Positions 46,191-56,812 of a DNA stretch of 64,000 nucleotides are shown here, one piece after another; positions within the stretch are counted from its first letter, which is position 1; every line of letters starts with the position of its first letter. The notes under the pieces were generated by a model. That model ran no database searches, was not told the origin of the DNA, and saw nothing but the letters and a program-made list of their open reading frames with translations. The position numbers were made by a program, and so were the translations under genes. The DNA is taken from the NCBI GenBank assembly GCA_024225395.1, contig JAAEMR010000174.1, positions 6,057 to 70,056 of the forward strand, read 5' to 3'. The DNA comes from Gammaproteobacteria bacterium (GTDB lineage Bacteria; Pseudomonadota; Gammaproteobacteria; GCA-001735895).

Positions 46191-47915
46191 TTAAAATAAA
46201 CCTTCTATTTGACCTTGCGTATTCACATGAATTTTTTCAGCCGCAGGTACACGTGGCAAACCTGGCATAGTCATGACATCACCACAGATAACAACCAGAA
46301 AACCAGCTCCATTGGACAGGCGAATTTCACGGATTGGGACAACATGATTACTGGGGGCACCTTTCAAAGCCGGATCAGTTGAAAATGATAAAGGGGTCTT
46401 AGCAATACACACGGGGAAATCACCATATCCATCCTCCTGAAGCGCTTTAAATTGATCTCGAACTTTCTGATCAGCGATCACTCCCTGAGCACCATATAAT
46501 TCCTGGGCAACTGTACGAACCTTGTCCAGTAATGGCATTTTTTCATCATATAGAAAATGGAAATTAGCAGGTTCATTATCAATCATTTCTACAACACTTT
46601 GAGCCAGGTCGACAGTCCCTTTACCACCCAGGGCCCAATGATCACACATCACTGCATTGACTTCTATTTCTGCACACAGCTGGCGTAACAAATTAATTTC
46701 TGATTTTGTATCTGCGCTAAACCTGTTAATAGCAACAATGACAGGAATGCCAAATTTACGTGTATTTTCTACATGTCGTGCAAGGTTATCAAAACCTTTT
46801 ACCATGGCGCCAATATTCTCTTTTTTCATTTGCTGCTCATCACAGCCACCATGCATTTTGAGTGCCCTTATTGTTCCTACTATGACAGCAGCATCGGGTT
46901 TTAATCCCGACTTTCTCATCTTGATATTAAAAAACTTCTCAGCACCAAGATCAGCACCAAATCCTGCTTCGGTAACGACATAATCCGCCAGTTTTAATGC
47001 CGTAGAGGTTGCCAGGACAGAGTTACAGCCATGTGCAATATTGGCAAAAGGGCCTCCATGTATAAAGGCTGGAGTTCCTTCCATTGTCTGTACAAGATTG
47101 GGTTGTAATGCATCTTTCAACAAAGCTGTCATCGCTCCCTGCGCATTAATATCACGAGCATAAACCGGTGATTTGTCGCGACGGTGCCCCACAATAATAT
47201 TTGCCAGTCTCTCCTGTAAATCATCAATATCTGTGGCCAGACAAAAAATAGCCATCACCTCGGAAGCTACGGTAATATCATAACCATCTGTTCGCGGAAA
47301 CCCATTGGTAACGGCTCCCAGTCCATTGGTGATTTCTCGTAAAGCACGGTCATTCATATCCACCACTCTACGCCATGATACTCGACGAAAATCTAACTTC
47401 TGTTCATTGCCCCAGTAAATATGATTATCTATCATCGCTGCCAGTAAATTGTTAGCCGCGCCTATTGCATGAAAGTCACCGGTAAAATGCAGGTTTATAT
47501 CTTCCATAGGCACAACCTGGGCAAAACCACCTCCGGCTGCGCCCCCTTTCATTCCAAAACAGGGGCCCAGAGAAGGTTCACGCAAGCAGACTGCCGTCTT
47601 CTTTCCTATTCTGCTCAGCGCATCACTTAATCCAACTGAAGTTGTCGTTTTTCCTTCACCGGCTTTAGTAGGCGTCATGCCAACCACTAAAATTAACTTA
47701 CCATCAGGGTTGTCATTAATCGAACGAATGAAAGGCAGACTAACTTTTGCTTTATCCGGTCCATAAAGTTGAAGGTTTTCATCGTTAATTCCAAGTTTTG
47801 CAGCAATCTTGCGTATGGGTTTTACTTTTGCCATACGGGCAATTTCAATATCTTCTTTCGGGTTCGTATGTTGAGTGACAGACATTTCCAGATAATCCTC
47901 AATTGGTTTCAACAA
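46191..47915 (-). CDS. fhs: Formate--tetrahydrofolate ligase
   Basis: …[18 protein letters not shown]… P-loop and full-length FTHFS collinearity (…[10 protein letters not shown]…). Confidence 0.9.
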   Translation of the reverse strand: MLKPIEDYLEMSVTQHTNPKEDIEIARMAKVKPIRKIAAKLGINDENLQLYGPDKAKVSLPFIRSINDNPDGKLILVVGMTPTKAGEGKTTTSVGLSDALSRIGKKTAVCLREPSLGPCFGMKGGAAGGGFAQVVPMEDINLHFTGDFHAIGAANNLLAAMIDNHIYWGNEQKLDFRRVSWRRVVDMNDRALREITNGLGAVTNGFPRTDGYDITVASEVMAIFCLATDIDDLQERLANIIVGHRRDKSPVYARDINAQGAMTALLKDALQPNLVQTMEGTPAFIHGGPFANIAHGCNSVLATSTALKLADYVVTEAGFGADLGAEKFFNIKMRKSGLKPDAAVIVGTIRALKMHGGCDEQQMKKENIGAMVKGFDNLARHVENTRKFGIPVIVAINRFSADTKSEINLLRQLCAEIEVNAVMCDHWALGGKGTVDLAQSVVEMIDNEPANFHFLYDEKMPLLDKVRTVAQELYGAQGVIADQKVRDQFKALQEDGYGDFPVCIAKTPLSFSTDPALKGAPSNHVVPIREIRLSNGAGFLVVICGDVMTMPGLPRVPAAEKIHVNTQGQIEGLF

Positions 47916-48174
47916 TTCAGTCAGATTGAATCTTGAATCAATCTATATAAATAGACCAACAGGCGAGCGACTCTTGACTGTCTATTAACGACATGACCTA
48001 CCCTGTAACTTTAACCGAAAAGCTTTTTAGTTCTTTTTGCCTTTATTTAACCTGCCACAGTTTATTCAGTTGCCCTTATTTCCCTTAGTAACATGATCAG
48101 AAAAAATTCATAAACGACATCAATTAGTCACAAAGCGCCCCCTGTCTACCGCCTTAAAGAAGTTTAATTTATAT

Positions 48175-48444
48175 TTGCAAAATCTGATAAAGAGACATCC
48201 CATGCCGACTATACACTCTAATAGACGTAGGCGTAGAAATACTGCTGAAACGAGCCAACCTCGCGGTTTCCAGCCGCCACGACAACAACTGGTTGCCCCC
48301 TATCCTCCCATGGAGTTATTGTCAGCCGGTCAAATAGAATTTATTCACCAGGCCTCCTTAACAATTTTGAGTGAAATTGGTATTGATTTCCTGTTGTCCG
48401 AAGCGCGCGATATGCTGAAAAAAGCAGGCACTATATATGTCTAG
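48175..48444 (+). pseudogene. N-terminal about 80-aa fragment of an MttB-superfamily (trimethylamine / glycine betaine:corrinoid) methyltransferase; remainder of the gene absent
   Basis: …RRRRRNTAETSQPRGFQPP…LSAGQIEFIHQASLTILSEIGIDFL…AGTIYV* matches the conserved N-terminus of non-Pyl MttB/MtgB proteins (about 480-520 aa). The ORF stops after 89 codons and an unrelated MFS gene begins inside the stop (ATGTCTAG). Confidence 0.6.
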
Positions 48445-49702
48445 TAATCTCCGAAATACCACAACACTTTTCATTGGTGTTGGTTTGTTATTTCTTAGCT
48501 CAGGAATGCTTTTTACCCTGGTTGTTGTGCGGGCTAAAGATGCAGGATTTTCCACCCAGGCCATTGCAGTTTTACAATCAAGTTACCAGTTTGGCTGGTT
48601 ACTTGCCGCAATATTTATATCCAGCTTAATACATAAAGTCGGACACATTCGTGTTTTTGCTGCCCTAACCGCATTAGCTTCGTCAGTTATATTAATTCAA
48701 ATATTATATATCCAGCAATATGCATGGATTTTAGACCGGATTGTAATGGGTATTTGTATAGCCGGATTGATGGTTGTAGCAGAAAGCTGGTTGAATGAAA
48801 TGTCAATAAACTCCGATCGCGGTAGAAATTTAGCTATTTATACTATCGTAAGTTGGGGCGCGCCTATTATAGGAGTCTGGTTATTACGCTTTGGAGAAAC
48901 ATCAGGTAATACACTTTTTTTACTGGCTTCTGTGCTTATTTCATTGGCAGCAATACCACTCTTACTTTCAGTTAGCAAAACACCCCAGTTAATAGAAGTT
49001 GAGTTTTTCGGGCTTAGGAAATTATATAACATTACGCCACTTGGATTCATCGGTACGTTAATAGCAGGCATGTGCCATGGTGCTTTTTTCGGTCTTATCC
49101 CGGTTTATGGTGTAGAAATAAACTTACAAATAGATCAACTTTCAAACCTTATCGCTTTGGGACTGTTTTCTGGTGTACTGCTCCAGTGGCCGATAGCGCT
49201 TATTTCAGACAAATTTGACCGCCGTTTTGTACTTATATCAACAGCAAGCTTTGCTGCATTTCCAGCCATATACTTTTCTTTTATTGATAACATCAGCATA
49301 ACTCAGTTGTATATTTCAATATCATTGATGGGTGCATTCACTATTAGCCTTTATAGCCAATGTATCGCCCATGTAAATGACCTTCTCAAACCAGCTCAAA
49401 TAGTTTCTGCAACAGGTTTATTAGTATTGATTTATGGCTTCGGGTTTGCTTTGGCACCATTGATTATCGGACAGTTAATTGCAATATCGGCTCATTTTTT
49501 CTTTATATCGAATGGTTTACTTTCATCTTCTTTAGCGTTGTACACTTTGTATCGCACTATTCGAACCAAACCTGTTGAAGATCAGGGTGAATTGATTAAT
49601 ATACCTGTCGCCTCGCCATATTCAGCTGTTGTAATAGCCGCAGAAGAATGGGCAGAAGACACGGACCTTGAATATATAAAAGAATCAAAAAACCCGGTTT
49701 GA
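48437..49702 (+). CDS. MFS transporter (12-TM)
   Basis: 421 aa with 12 hydrophobic helices. No specific substrate motif recognised. Confidence 0.7.
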   Translation: MSSNLRNTTTLFIGVGLLFLSSGMLFTLVVVRAKDAGFSTQAIAVLQSSYQFGWLLAAIFISSLIHKVGHIRVFAALTALASSVILIQILYIQQYAWILDRIVMGICIAGLMVVAESWLNEMSINSDRGRNLAIYTIVSWGAPIIGVWLLRFGETSGNTLFLLASVLISLAAIPLLLSVSKTPQLIEVEFFGLRKLYNITPLGFIGTLIAGMCHGAFFGLIPVYGVEINLQIDQLSNLIALGLFSGVLLQWPIALISDKFDRRFVLISTASFAAFPAIYFSFIDNISITQLYISISLMGAFTISLYSQCIAHVNDLLKPAQIVSATGLLVLIYGFGFALAPLIIGQLIAISAHFFFISNGLLSSSLALYTLYRTIRTKPVEDQGELINIPVASPYSAVVIAAEEWAEDTDLEYIKESKNPV

Positions 49703-49768
49703 TTTGATTTTAATCAGGAGGCATAGGTCATCATGAGCAATAAACAGTGCGACAACACGGCGCAATGG

Positions 49769-50107
49769 AGTTTTCAGAGCCATCTGTCGATCTCGACAAG
49801 GTACGCCCCGGGATTTCTGAAAACGAGCGGTGGTCCACGCACTACATCAAGTCAATATTAACCCTGTCCTATTCGGTGGTTATGCTTGGAATTTGACTGG
49901 CAGACGCACACCCTGTCATCTAACACCGACAAGGTTATAAAAAATTGGGGTATAATGGGTTTATCGAGCAGGGCATGATCCTGTGTGTTGAATCCTGTAT
50001 AGGCTCTGAAGAAAGTGGTAAAGGTGTCAAGCAGGAACAACAGGTATTGATTACTGAGGATGCCATTCGACGGCTATCAAATTATCCTTTTCAACGGGAC
50101 TGGATTG
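49769..50107 (+). pseudogene. Two out-of-frame remnants of an M24-family (creatinase/Xaa-Pro peptidase-like) gene: about 30 aa from the start of the catalytic domain plus the C-terminal about 80 aa
   Basis: …VDLDKVRPGISENERWSTHYIKSIL (frame 3), then in another frame …LEFDWQTHTL…GMILCVESCIG…GKGVKQEQQVLITEDAIRRLSNYP, which matches the M24 C-terminus (GMVFTIEPGIY…GVRIED.VLVTEDG.E.LT). The middle roughly 150 aa are missing. Confidence 0.45.
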
Positions 50108-50133
50108 ATTAAAAAAAATTTGGAAATTGAAAA

Positions 50134-51222
50134 ATGATCCCAACAACAATGCAAGGTGTTTATCTGTTAGGCCACGGTGGTTTTGAACAATTGCAATTCC
50201 GTCATGATATTCCAGTACCTGTACCTGCAGCAGGTGAAGTGCTGATTCGGGTTGGTGCTGCCGGTGTTAATAATACTGACATCAATACCCGCATTGGCTG
50301 GTACTCAAAGAGCGTTACCGGTGAAACGAATGCAGGAGGTTCAGGTGGTTTTGAGGCTGTAGCTGAAGAGGACGGTAGCTGGACAGGTAATGCCCTGCAA
50401 TTCCCGATAATTCAGGGCGCAGACTGTTGTGGAATCATTGTTGCTGTCGGTGAAGGTGTAGATGATAACCGCCTGGGTGAACGAGTGTTGACCAGGACCA
50501 TGCAGTCTAATGCTTGTGAAGAGTCTCCTTATGACTGTATTACACTGGGATCTGAACGCAATGGTGCATTCTCACAGTACATGACATCGCCATCACACCA
50601 CAGCCTTAAGGTTGACAACAACTGGACGGATATCGAATTGGCTTCAATTCCCTGTGCTTATTCAACAGCAGAAGGCATGTTACAGCGCTCATCGGTCACG
50701 TCTGAAACCGTATTAATTACCGGAGCATCAGGTGGCGTGGGTTCTGCAGCAATTCAATTGGCAAAACGTCGAGGTGCAACAGTGATTGCGGTGTGTAGTG
50801 ACAGCAAAGCCGAAGCCGTGAAAGACCTGGGAGCTGATCAAGTGGTTTCCCGAAACTGCAACCTTGTTACTACTCTGGGTCGTGAAAGCGTTGATGTCAT
50901 TGTCGACCTGGTTGCAGGTCCTTCCTGGCCTTCTTTACTTGAAGTCATAAAACGTGGCGGGCGTTATGTGACTGCAGGTGCTATCGCAGGTCCCATTGTC
51001 GAACTGGATGTACGTACTTTATATCTTAAAGATCTGACACTATTTGGTTGCACCCACCAAAGTAATGAGATTTTTGAAAACCTGATCGGCTATATCGAAA
51101 ATGGAGATATCCGTCCAGTTGTCGCTAAATCCTACCCTCTTGATGAAATAGTGACGGCACAGGAAGATTTTTTATCCAAAAAATACATGGGTAAACTGGT
51201 ACTCGTACCACCACAGGACTAA
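50134..51222 (+). CDS. MDR-superfamily oxidoreductase (quinone-oxidoreductase/zinc-free ADH-like)
   Basis: …GEVLIRVGAAGVNNTDI…, cofactor motif …ITGASGGVGSAAIQLAKRRGATVIAV…. Confidence 0.75.
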   Translation: MIPTTMQGVYLLGHGGFEQLQFRHDIPVPVPAAGEVLIRVGAAGVNNTDINTRIGWYSKSVTGETNAGGSGGFEAVAEEDGSWTGNALQFPIIQGADCCGIIVAVGEGVDDNRLGERVLTRTMQSNACEESPYDCITLGSERNGAFSQYMTSPSHHSLKVDNNWTDIELASIPCAYSTAEGMLQRSSVTSETVLITGASGGVGSAAIQLAKRRGATVIAVCSDSKAEAVKDLGADQVVSRNCNLVTTLGRESVDVIVDLVAGPSWPSLLEVIKRGGRYVTAGAIAGPIVELDVRTLYLKDLTLFGCTHQSNEIFENLIGYIENGDIRPVVAKSYPLDEIVTAQEDFLSKKYMGKLVLVPPQD

Positions 51223-51340
51223 TGTCATTCAAGCAGGTCTTATTTCCTTATCTGTTTTCAGCTTTGTATTCATGGTAACTGCGTAGCAACTGCATGCCGG
51301 GGTAGTTAAGGAGAAACACGTTATAAAAAAAAATCGTCTG

Positions 51341-52789
51341 TTACGGACTTTGCCCAACATAGCGCCCGCAACCTTCTGGTAATGACATATTGGCATGGGC
51401 TTTGGTATAAAAGCTTAATTTTTCAGTTACAGCTTCAGAAGGCAGGCTGGTACAACGTGTATTCAAGTCCATATGCAACTGTAGAGTTTCGCAGGTAGCA
51501 ACCAGATCACCACTAGAAGCAAATATCCGGTGAAATAATTTCATCTTTTTACCTTCAACGGTCAGGACTTGTGTGGTAATTGAAATGTTCTCGCCTGCTT
51601 TCACTTCAGCAAGATATCGTATATGGGTTTCTGCGGTAAAATAGCTATAACCTGAAGCAATATAGCTGGCATCTGCACCGATTAATTCCATAAAAGCATC
51701 AGTTGCCTGTGAACTGGCTTCCAGATAGTTCGTTTCATTCATATGTCCATTATAATCAGTCCAGCTTTGTGGCACCTGACGAGAAACAGTAATGGGAAGT
51801 TGTTTGTCTTCTACCGGTGTCCGCAGAGTAGACTCATGACTATTAATGAGTCCACCCGCCCCGCTACCGGATTTTTTCAATGCCCGCATCATTCCAACCA
51901 GGTTATCATCACGTAATTGTTCCAGCTCACGAATAGAAAGATGAGCGGATTGTGCATCCGACTGTTCGGCTATTTCATTAATCAATGAGTCGGTTAACTC
52001 GGGCACATCCATCAATTTAGTCCATGGCCATTCAAGGCACGGACCAAACTGACTGATAAAATGTTTCATTCCGGCTTCACCACCGGCGATACGATAGGTT
52101 TCAAATAAACCCATCTGTGCCCAGCGAAGACCAAAACCAAAACGAATCGCATCGTCAATTTCTTCAGTAGTCGCTATCTCATCTTTGATCAACCATAAGC
52201 CTTCCCTCCACACGGCTTCCAGTAAACGGTCTGCAATATGAGCATCAATTTCTTTACGAATATGCAACGGTTTCATACCGATAGAAGTTAATATTTCTTT
52301 AGCACGATCCAAAACGGTTATTGGGGAAACAACCGATGGAACAAGTTCAACTAGAGGTAACAGGTAAACCGGGTTGAACGGGTGAGCTACAATAATTTGG
52401 TGCGGGTTTAGTGCATTTTTCTGTAAATCAGAAGGTTTAAACCCGGAAGTCGATGATCCTAGAACAGAATCTACCTTAGATAATAACTGTATCTCATTGA
52501 TTATACGTTGTTTTAACTCAAGCCTTTCCGGAACACTTTCCTGAATCCATTTCGCATCAATAACAGCATCAGCAAGATTCTCATGAAACAGTAGTTCTCC
52601 TTCGGTAGGCAATGCCTTGTCATAAAGTGAAGGTAGACTACGTCGGGCGTTGTTCAGAACCTGATTGATTTTTCGCTGCGCTTGAGGGTCAGGATCATAA
52701 ACAGAGACATCCCATCCATTGAGTAAAAATCGCGCTACCCATCCTCCTCCAATAACACCTCCACCCACTATGCATGCTTTGTTTTTCAT
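51341..52789 (-). CDS. L-carnitine dehydrogenase (3-hydroxyacyl-CoA dehydrogenase fold) fused to a C-terminal hotdog thioesterase domain (putative betainyl-CoA thioesterase)
   Basis: N-terminus …KACIVGGGVIGGGWVARFLLNGWDVSVYDP… (NAD Rossmann of the HCDH family). C-terminal about 150 aa …YNGHMNETNYLEASSQATDAFMEL…GYSYFTAETHIRYLAEV… 4HBT-like. Confidence 0.7.
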   Translation of the reverse strand: MKNKACIVGGGVIGGGWVARFLLNGWDVSVYDPDPQAQRKINQVLNNARRSLPSLYDKALPTEGELLFHENLADAVIDAKWIQESVPERLELKQRIINEIQLLSKVDSVLGSSTSGFKPSDLQKNALNPHQIIVAHPFNPVYLLPLVELVPSVVSPITVLDRAKEILTSIGMKPLHIRKEIDAHIADRLLEAVWREGLWLIKDEIATTEEIDDAIRFGFGLRWAQMGLFETYRIAGGEAGMKHFISQFGPCLEWPWTKLMDVPELTDSLINEIAEQSDAQSAHLSIRELEQLRDDNLVGMMRALKKSGSGAGGLINSHESTLRTPVEDKQLPITVSRQVPQSWTDYNGHMNETNYLEASSQATDAFMELIGADASYIASGYSYFTAETHIRYLAEVKAGENISITTQVLTVEGKKMKLFHRIFASSGDLVATCETLQLHMDLNTRCTSLPSEAVTEKLSFYTKAHANMSLPEGCGRYVGQSP

Positions 52790-53133
52790 AGTGCCTCCTT
52801 GTAAGAAGTGGGAGCTAAAGTCTCCGTATTGCCATCAACTGATAGTATATGAGCCGGAATTTTAGAGCCAGCATCAGAAGCCAGAAATACTGCCGAGGCA
52901 GCTATATCCTGTGCACTCACCCAGGTTTTCATTGATATCCCTGACACATAACTGGTTACATCTGCAGTCCGGGTAAATGTTCCAGGATGTCGTTGCTTAA
53001 ATTTTGCTACCACTTCAGGGTCTGCATCACAGATTGCTTCAGGAGCATTTTCAGCAAGAAAGGTTCCTGGGCAGGCCAGCCCAATGCCCGCAGCGCCACC
53101 GCTAATAACAACTATTTTTTGTGGATTAATCAT
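52786..53133 (-). pseudogene. Internally deleted short-chain dehydrogenase/reductase gene (115 aa; keeps the N-terminal TGxxxGIG and C-terminal …LASDAGS…VDG… but lacks the catalytic S-YxxxK core)
   Basis: MINPQKIVVISGGAAGIGLA… jumps to …DIAASAVFLASDAGSKIPAHILSVDG…. A full SDR is about 250 aa. Confidence 0.5.
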
Positions 53134-54041
53134 TTTGGAGCCCGCTTGATTAAAGCTAATTTCTCACGTACTGCTTGCGGACCAATAATCTGAGCACCCA
53201 TACCTTCAATCACGGTAACGGCTTTTTCGACCAGTTGTGCATTTGTTGCAAGCACGCCTCTTTGAAGAAAAAGATTATCTTCAAGGCCAACCCGCACATT
53301 TCCTCCAACCAGAGCAGCAGCGGCAACGTAAGGCAGCTCATCTCTTCCGAGGGAAAAAGCAGACCAGATCCAGTCAGATGGAATATTATTCACCATAGCC
53401 ATGAAGGTATTCATATCATTGGGTGCTCCCCAGGGAATTCCCATGCATAACTGAACCATAGCAGGCGACTTTAAAATACCCTCTTTCACCAGCTGTTTAG
53501 CAAACCACAGGTGACCGGAATCAAATGCTTCAATTTCAGGTCTCACGTCCAGGCTGGTCATTATTTCACCCATTGCTCGCAACACACCCGGTGTATTGGT
53601 CATCACATAATCAGCTTCAGCAAAGTTCATGGTGCCACAGTCCAGCGTACAAATTTCCGGCAGACACTCGGCAACATGGGCCATACGTTGGGTCGCACCG
53701 ACCATATCCGTTGCCGCTGCATTTAATGGAAATGGATTTTCAGCATCACCAAAGACAATATCTCCACCCATACCTGCAGTCAGGTTTAACACAACATCTG
53801 TTTCAGAGTCACGTATTCGGTCTGTTACTTCACGATACAGTTCCAGCTCTCTTGATGGAGCACCGGATTCAGGGTTTCGTACATGACAATGTACTATTGC
53901 CGCGCCGGCTTTAGCGGCATCAATAGCACTATTAGCGATTTGTTCAGGTGAGCGAGGGACATGATGAGATTTGTTCTGAGTTGCACCAGAACCGTTTACG
54001 GCTGCGGTTATAAATACTTCGCGATTCATTGCTAATGGCAT
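53130..54041 (-). CDS. BKACE-family beta-keto acid cleavage enzyme (DUF849; 3-dehydrocarnitine cleavage enzyme-like, CdhC)
   Basis: …VFITAAVNGSG…HCHVRNPESG…GGNVRVGLEDNL… TIM-barrel Kce-family hallmarks. Sits between the CdhR-like regulator and the carnitine dehydrogenase. Confidence 0.8.
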   Translation of the reverse strand: MPLAMNREVFITAAVNGSGATQNKSHHVPRSPEQIANSAIDAAKAGAAIVHCHVRNPESGAPSRELELYREVTDRIRDSETDVVLNLTAGMGGDIVFGDAENPFPLNAAATDMVGATQRMAHVAECLPEICTLDCGTMNFAEADYVMTNTPGVLRAMGEIMTSLDVRPEIEAFDSGHLWFAKQLVKEGILKSPAMVQLCMGIPWGAPNDMNTFMAMVNNIPSDWIWSAFSLGRDELPYVAAAALVGGNVRVGLEDNLFLQRGVLATNAQLVEKAVTVIEGMGAQIIGPQAVREKLALIKRAPK

Positions 54042-54188
54042 AACAGCATCCTGATAATATTGGTGTTAGTTATAGTCACTTTTGGTAATGCCACATTGCA
54101 TGGCAATAATCATTTAAGGAAATATAAAGTAGCATGTTGATAAGCATATCTATTGCCTTTTTGCGCAGCAATTTTTACACTTTGCGCA

Positions 54189-55148
54189 ATGAAACTCTTT
54201 CAACCAACAACCCGTCCACTTGATGTCTGCCTGCTGATTTTATCAGGGTCTTCATTAATGACTGTTGCCTCAGTTCTGGACACGATGCGTGCATGCAACC
54301 GCATAGCCAAACAGAAACTTTTTAACTGGAAACTCATCAGTATCGATGGTAAAGCTATTCGCTTAAGCTGTGGTTTAAGCATCTCAGCCGACTCCAGCCT
54401 TGAAGATATAAATGGTGGCGATCTGTTAATGATCATTGCCGGATTAAATCAGGATCCCAGGATTTCATCTAAAACTTACAGGCGCATTCATTTTTTATAC
54501 CGCCACTATCAGTTCCTTGCGGGTGTCGAAGCTGGAAGCTGGTTGCTCGCTCGTGCAGGATTACTGACAGATAAAAAGGCAACAACACACTGGGAAGATT
54601 TCGAGGAATTTTGTACTAAATTTCCTGATATTGAAATGCGCACGGATCGATTTGTTATCGATGGCAAAATCATTACTACAGGTGGCGCATCACCGAGTTT
54701 TGATTTTATGCTGTATCTGATTCGAAAGCGCTACGGTTATCCACTGTCACTGGATGTAGCCAGTATTTTTATTTATGACGGTACGCACAAACCTGATGAT
54801 GCCCAGCCCAGTATATCGCTGGGAATGCTTGAGACCTATGATCAGCGTGTCGCAACCGTGATTAGAATAATGGAGCAACACCTGGATGAACCGATGAGCA
54901 TAATCCAGTTGGCTAAGGAAGTTGGGCTTTCAATACGCAGACTCGAGAACTTGTTTTCACAAACACTGAATACTTCACCCTGCCATTATTATTTACACCT
55001 GCGTTTGCAAGCCGCACGACGCATGGTGGTAGATACCCGTTTGTCGATTCAGGAAATTGCAATTCGCACCGGGTTTACTTCACTATCTTCTTTTTCGCGA
55101 CGCTTTAAACAACATTTTGGCAACAAAGCCAGTGCTTTTCGGTGTTAA
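54189..55148 (+). CDS. AraC-family transcriptional regulator with N-terminal DJ-1/PfpI (GATase1-like) domain, CdhR/GbdR-type
   Basis: N-terminus …LDVCLLILSGSSLMTVASVLDTMRACN…. C-terminal AraC HTH (…IQLAKEVGLSIRRLENLF…IAIRTGFTSLSSFSRRFKQHFG…). Divergent from the BKACE operon. Confidence 0.75.
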   Translation: MKLFQPTTRPLDVCLLILSGSSLMTVASVLDTMRACNRIAKQKLFNWKLISIDGKAIRLSCGLSISADSSLEDINGGDLLMIIAGLNQDPRISSKTYRRIHFLYRHYQFLAGVEAGSWLLARAGLLTDKKATTHWEDFEEFCTKFPDIEMRTDRFVIDGKIITTGGASPSFDFMLYLIRKRYGYPLSLDVASIFIYDGTHKPDDAQPSISLGMLETYDQRVATVIRIMEQHLDEPMSIIQLAKEVGLSIRRLENLFSQTLNTSPCHYYLHLRLQAARRMVVDTRLSIQEIAIRTGFTSLSSFSRRFKQHFGNKASAFRC

Positions 55149-55173
55149 CCAGTTATCCTGATCAAACTTCGGC

Positions 55174-56808
55174 TTAATTATCATCTACACCACGCTCTTC
55201 GAGCAAGGTGGTCAACCAGTCAGGGTCCATTTCCGGAACAGAAGATAACAATAAATCTGTGTATTCATGATGCGGAGGTGTAAACATGACATCCTTAGGA
55301 CCTTGTTCAATAACCTTTCCATTTTGCATAACCACAACTTCATCGGCAATGGATCGAACAGTGGCCAGGTCATGCGTGATAAACATATAGGCCAGGTCCA
55401 GTTCATCCTGAAGTTTATCCAACAGCCTGAGAATGCCTTCCGCTACCAGCTGATCGAGTGCACTGGTAATTTCATCACAAATAATAAAAGTGGGTTCTGC
55501 AGCAAGTGCTCTCGCAATCCCGATACGTTGCTTCTGACCACCTGAAAGTTCAGTGGGATAACGGTTATAATAATTTGCAGGATCCAGCTCAATCAGGTCG
55601 AGTAATTCATCAACCCGGGTCTTTAATTCTGCACCACGTAAACCACCATAAAACTGAGCTGGCCGGCCTATAATTTCCTTGATCTTCACTTTTGGATTCA
55701 ATGCCGTATCAGCCATTTGATATATCATTTGAGCCTGGCGTAATTGATCCTTGGTTCGATCCTGAAACCTGGGAGGCATTTCTTCCCCTTTAAACAGGAT
55801 ATGACCACTAGTAGGTGGCAGTAACCCTGTGATACAGCGAGCCGTGGTTGATTTTCCTGATCCGGATTCACCTACAACAGCTACCGTCATGCCGGCAAAA
55901 ATATCAAACGAAACGTCTTCTAATACCTTGACTGTCCCATAAGCTGCATCAATATTCTCTACTGAATAAAGTGGTAAAGTATTGGCCGGACGCTTTTTTT
56001 GTGCACTTTTAAAATCTCTCACAGCCCATAAAGACTTGGTATACTCTTCTTTAGGGTTTTCCAGCATGGTGCGGGTATCCGCTTGCTCAACCTCATTACC
56101 TTTTAATAAAACTTTAATAACATCGGCCATTTGTGCGACTACAGCCAAATCATGGGTTATATAGATCGCAGCCGTATTGAATTCATCAACTATATCCCGA
56201 ATAGCTGATAACACTTCAATTTGTGTTGTCACATCCAGTGCAGTTGTGGGTTCATCAAAAATAATCAGATCAGGACGACAGGACATGGCCATTGCAGTCA
56301 TGGCACGCTGTAACTGTCCTCCAGACACCTGGTGAGGATATCGAAAACCAATTTCATGAGGATGAGGAAGACGTAAACGGTTATATAACTCCATCGCATC
56401 TTCCTGGCTTTCTAGCCGCTTCTTTATACGATATTGCACGGGGGCTTCGGTGTGCTGATCGATCAATCTATGTGCGGGGTTGAAAGATGCCGCCGCTGAT
56501 TGAGCTACATAGGCAATACGAGCACCACGTAATGAGCGTAAATCAGCTTTAGGAGTAGTCGTCAACTCCATCCCATCAAAATCGACTGAACCTTCTGATA
56601 TTCTTGTTCCATCGCGGGTAAAGCCCATGGCAGCAAGACCAATGGTCGACTTACCAGCTCCTGATTCACCAATTAAGCCCATGACCTCACCACGATGTAA
56701 TTTCAAATCTACACCATGGACAATTTCAACCCAGTGCTCATCTGAATAACCTTCGATATGAAGATTTTGAATATCCAGCAGAACCTCATGTTTTTTTTCT
56801 TTAGTCAT
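55174..56808 (-). CDS. ABC transporter ATP-binding protein with two fused nucleotide-binding domains (GsiA/DppDF-like)
   Basis: Two Walker A motifs ([18 protein letters not shown]), two LSGGQ signatures and two Walker B motifs. Confidence 0.85.
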   Translation of the reverse strand: MTKEKKHEVLLDIQNLHIEGYSDEHWVEIVHGVDLKLHRGEVMGLIGESGAGKSTIGLAAMGFTRDGTRISEGSVDFDGMELTTTPKADLRSLRGARIAYVAQSAAASFNPAHRLIDQHTEAPVQYRIKKRLESQEDAMELYNRLRLPHPHEIGFRYPHQVSGGQLQRAMTAMAMSCRPDLIIFDEPTTALDVTTQIEVLSAIRDIVDEFNTAAIYITHDLAVVAQMADVIKVLLKGNEVEQADTRTMLENPKEEYTKSLWAVRDFKSAQKKRPANTLPLYSVENIDAAYGTVKVLEDVSFDIFAGMTVAVVGESGSGKSTTARCITGLLPPTSGHILFKGEEMPPRFQDRTKDQLRQAQMIYQMADTALNPKVKIKEIIGRPAQFYGGLRGAELKTRVDELLDLIELDPANYYNRYPTELSGGQKQRIGIARALAAEPTFIICDEITSALDQLVAEGILRLLDKLQDELDLAYMFITHDLATVRSIADEVVVMQNGKVIEQGPKDVMFTPPHHEYTDLLLSSVPEMDPDWLTTLLEERGVDDN

Positions 56809-56812
56809 GTCT

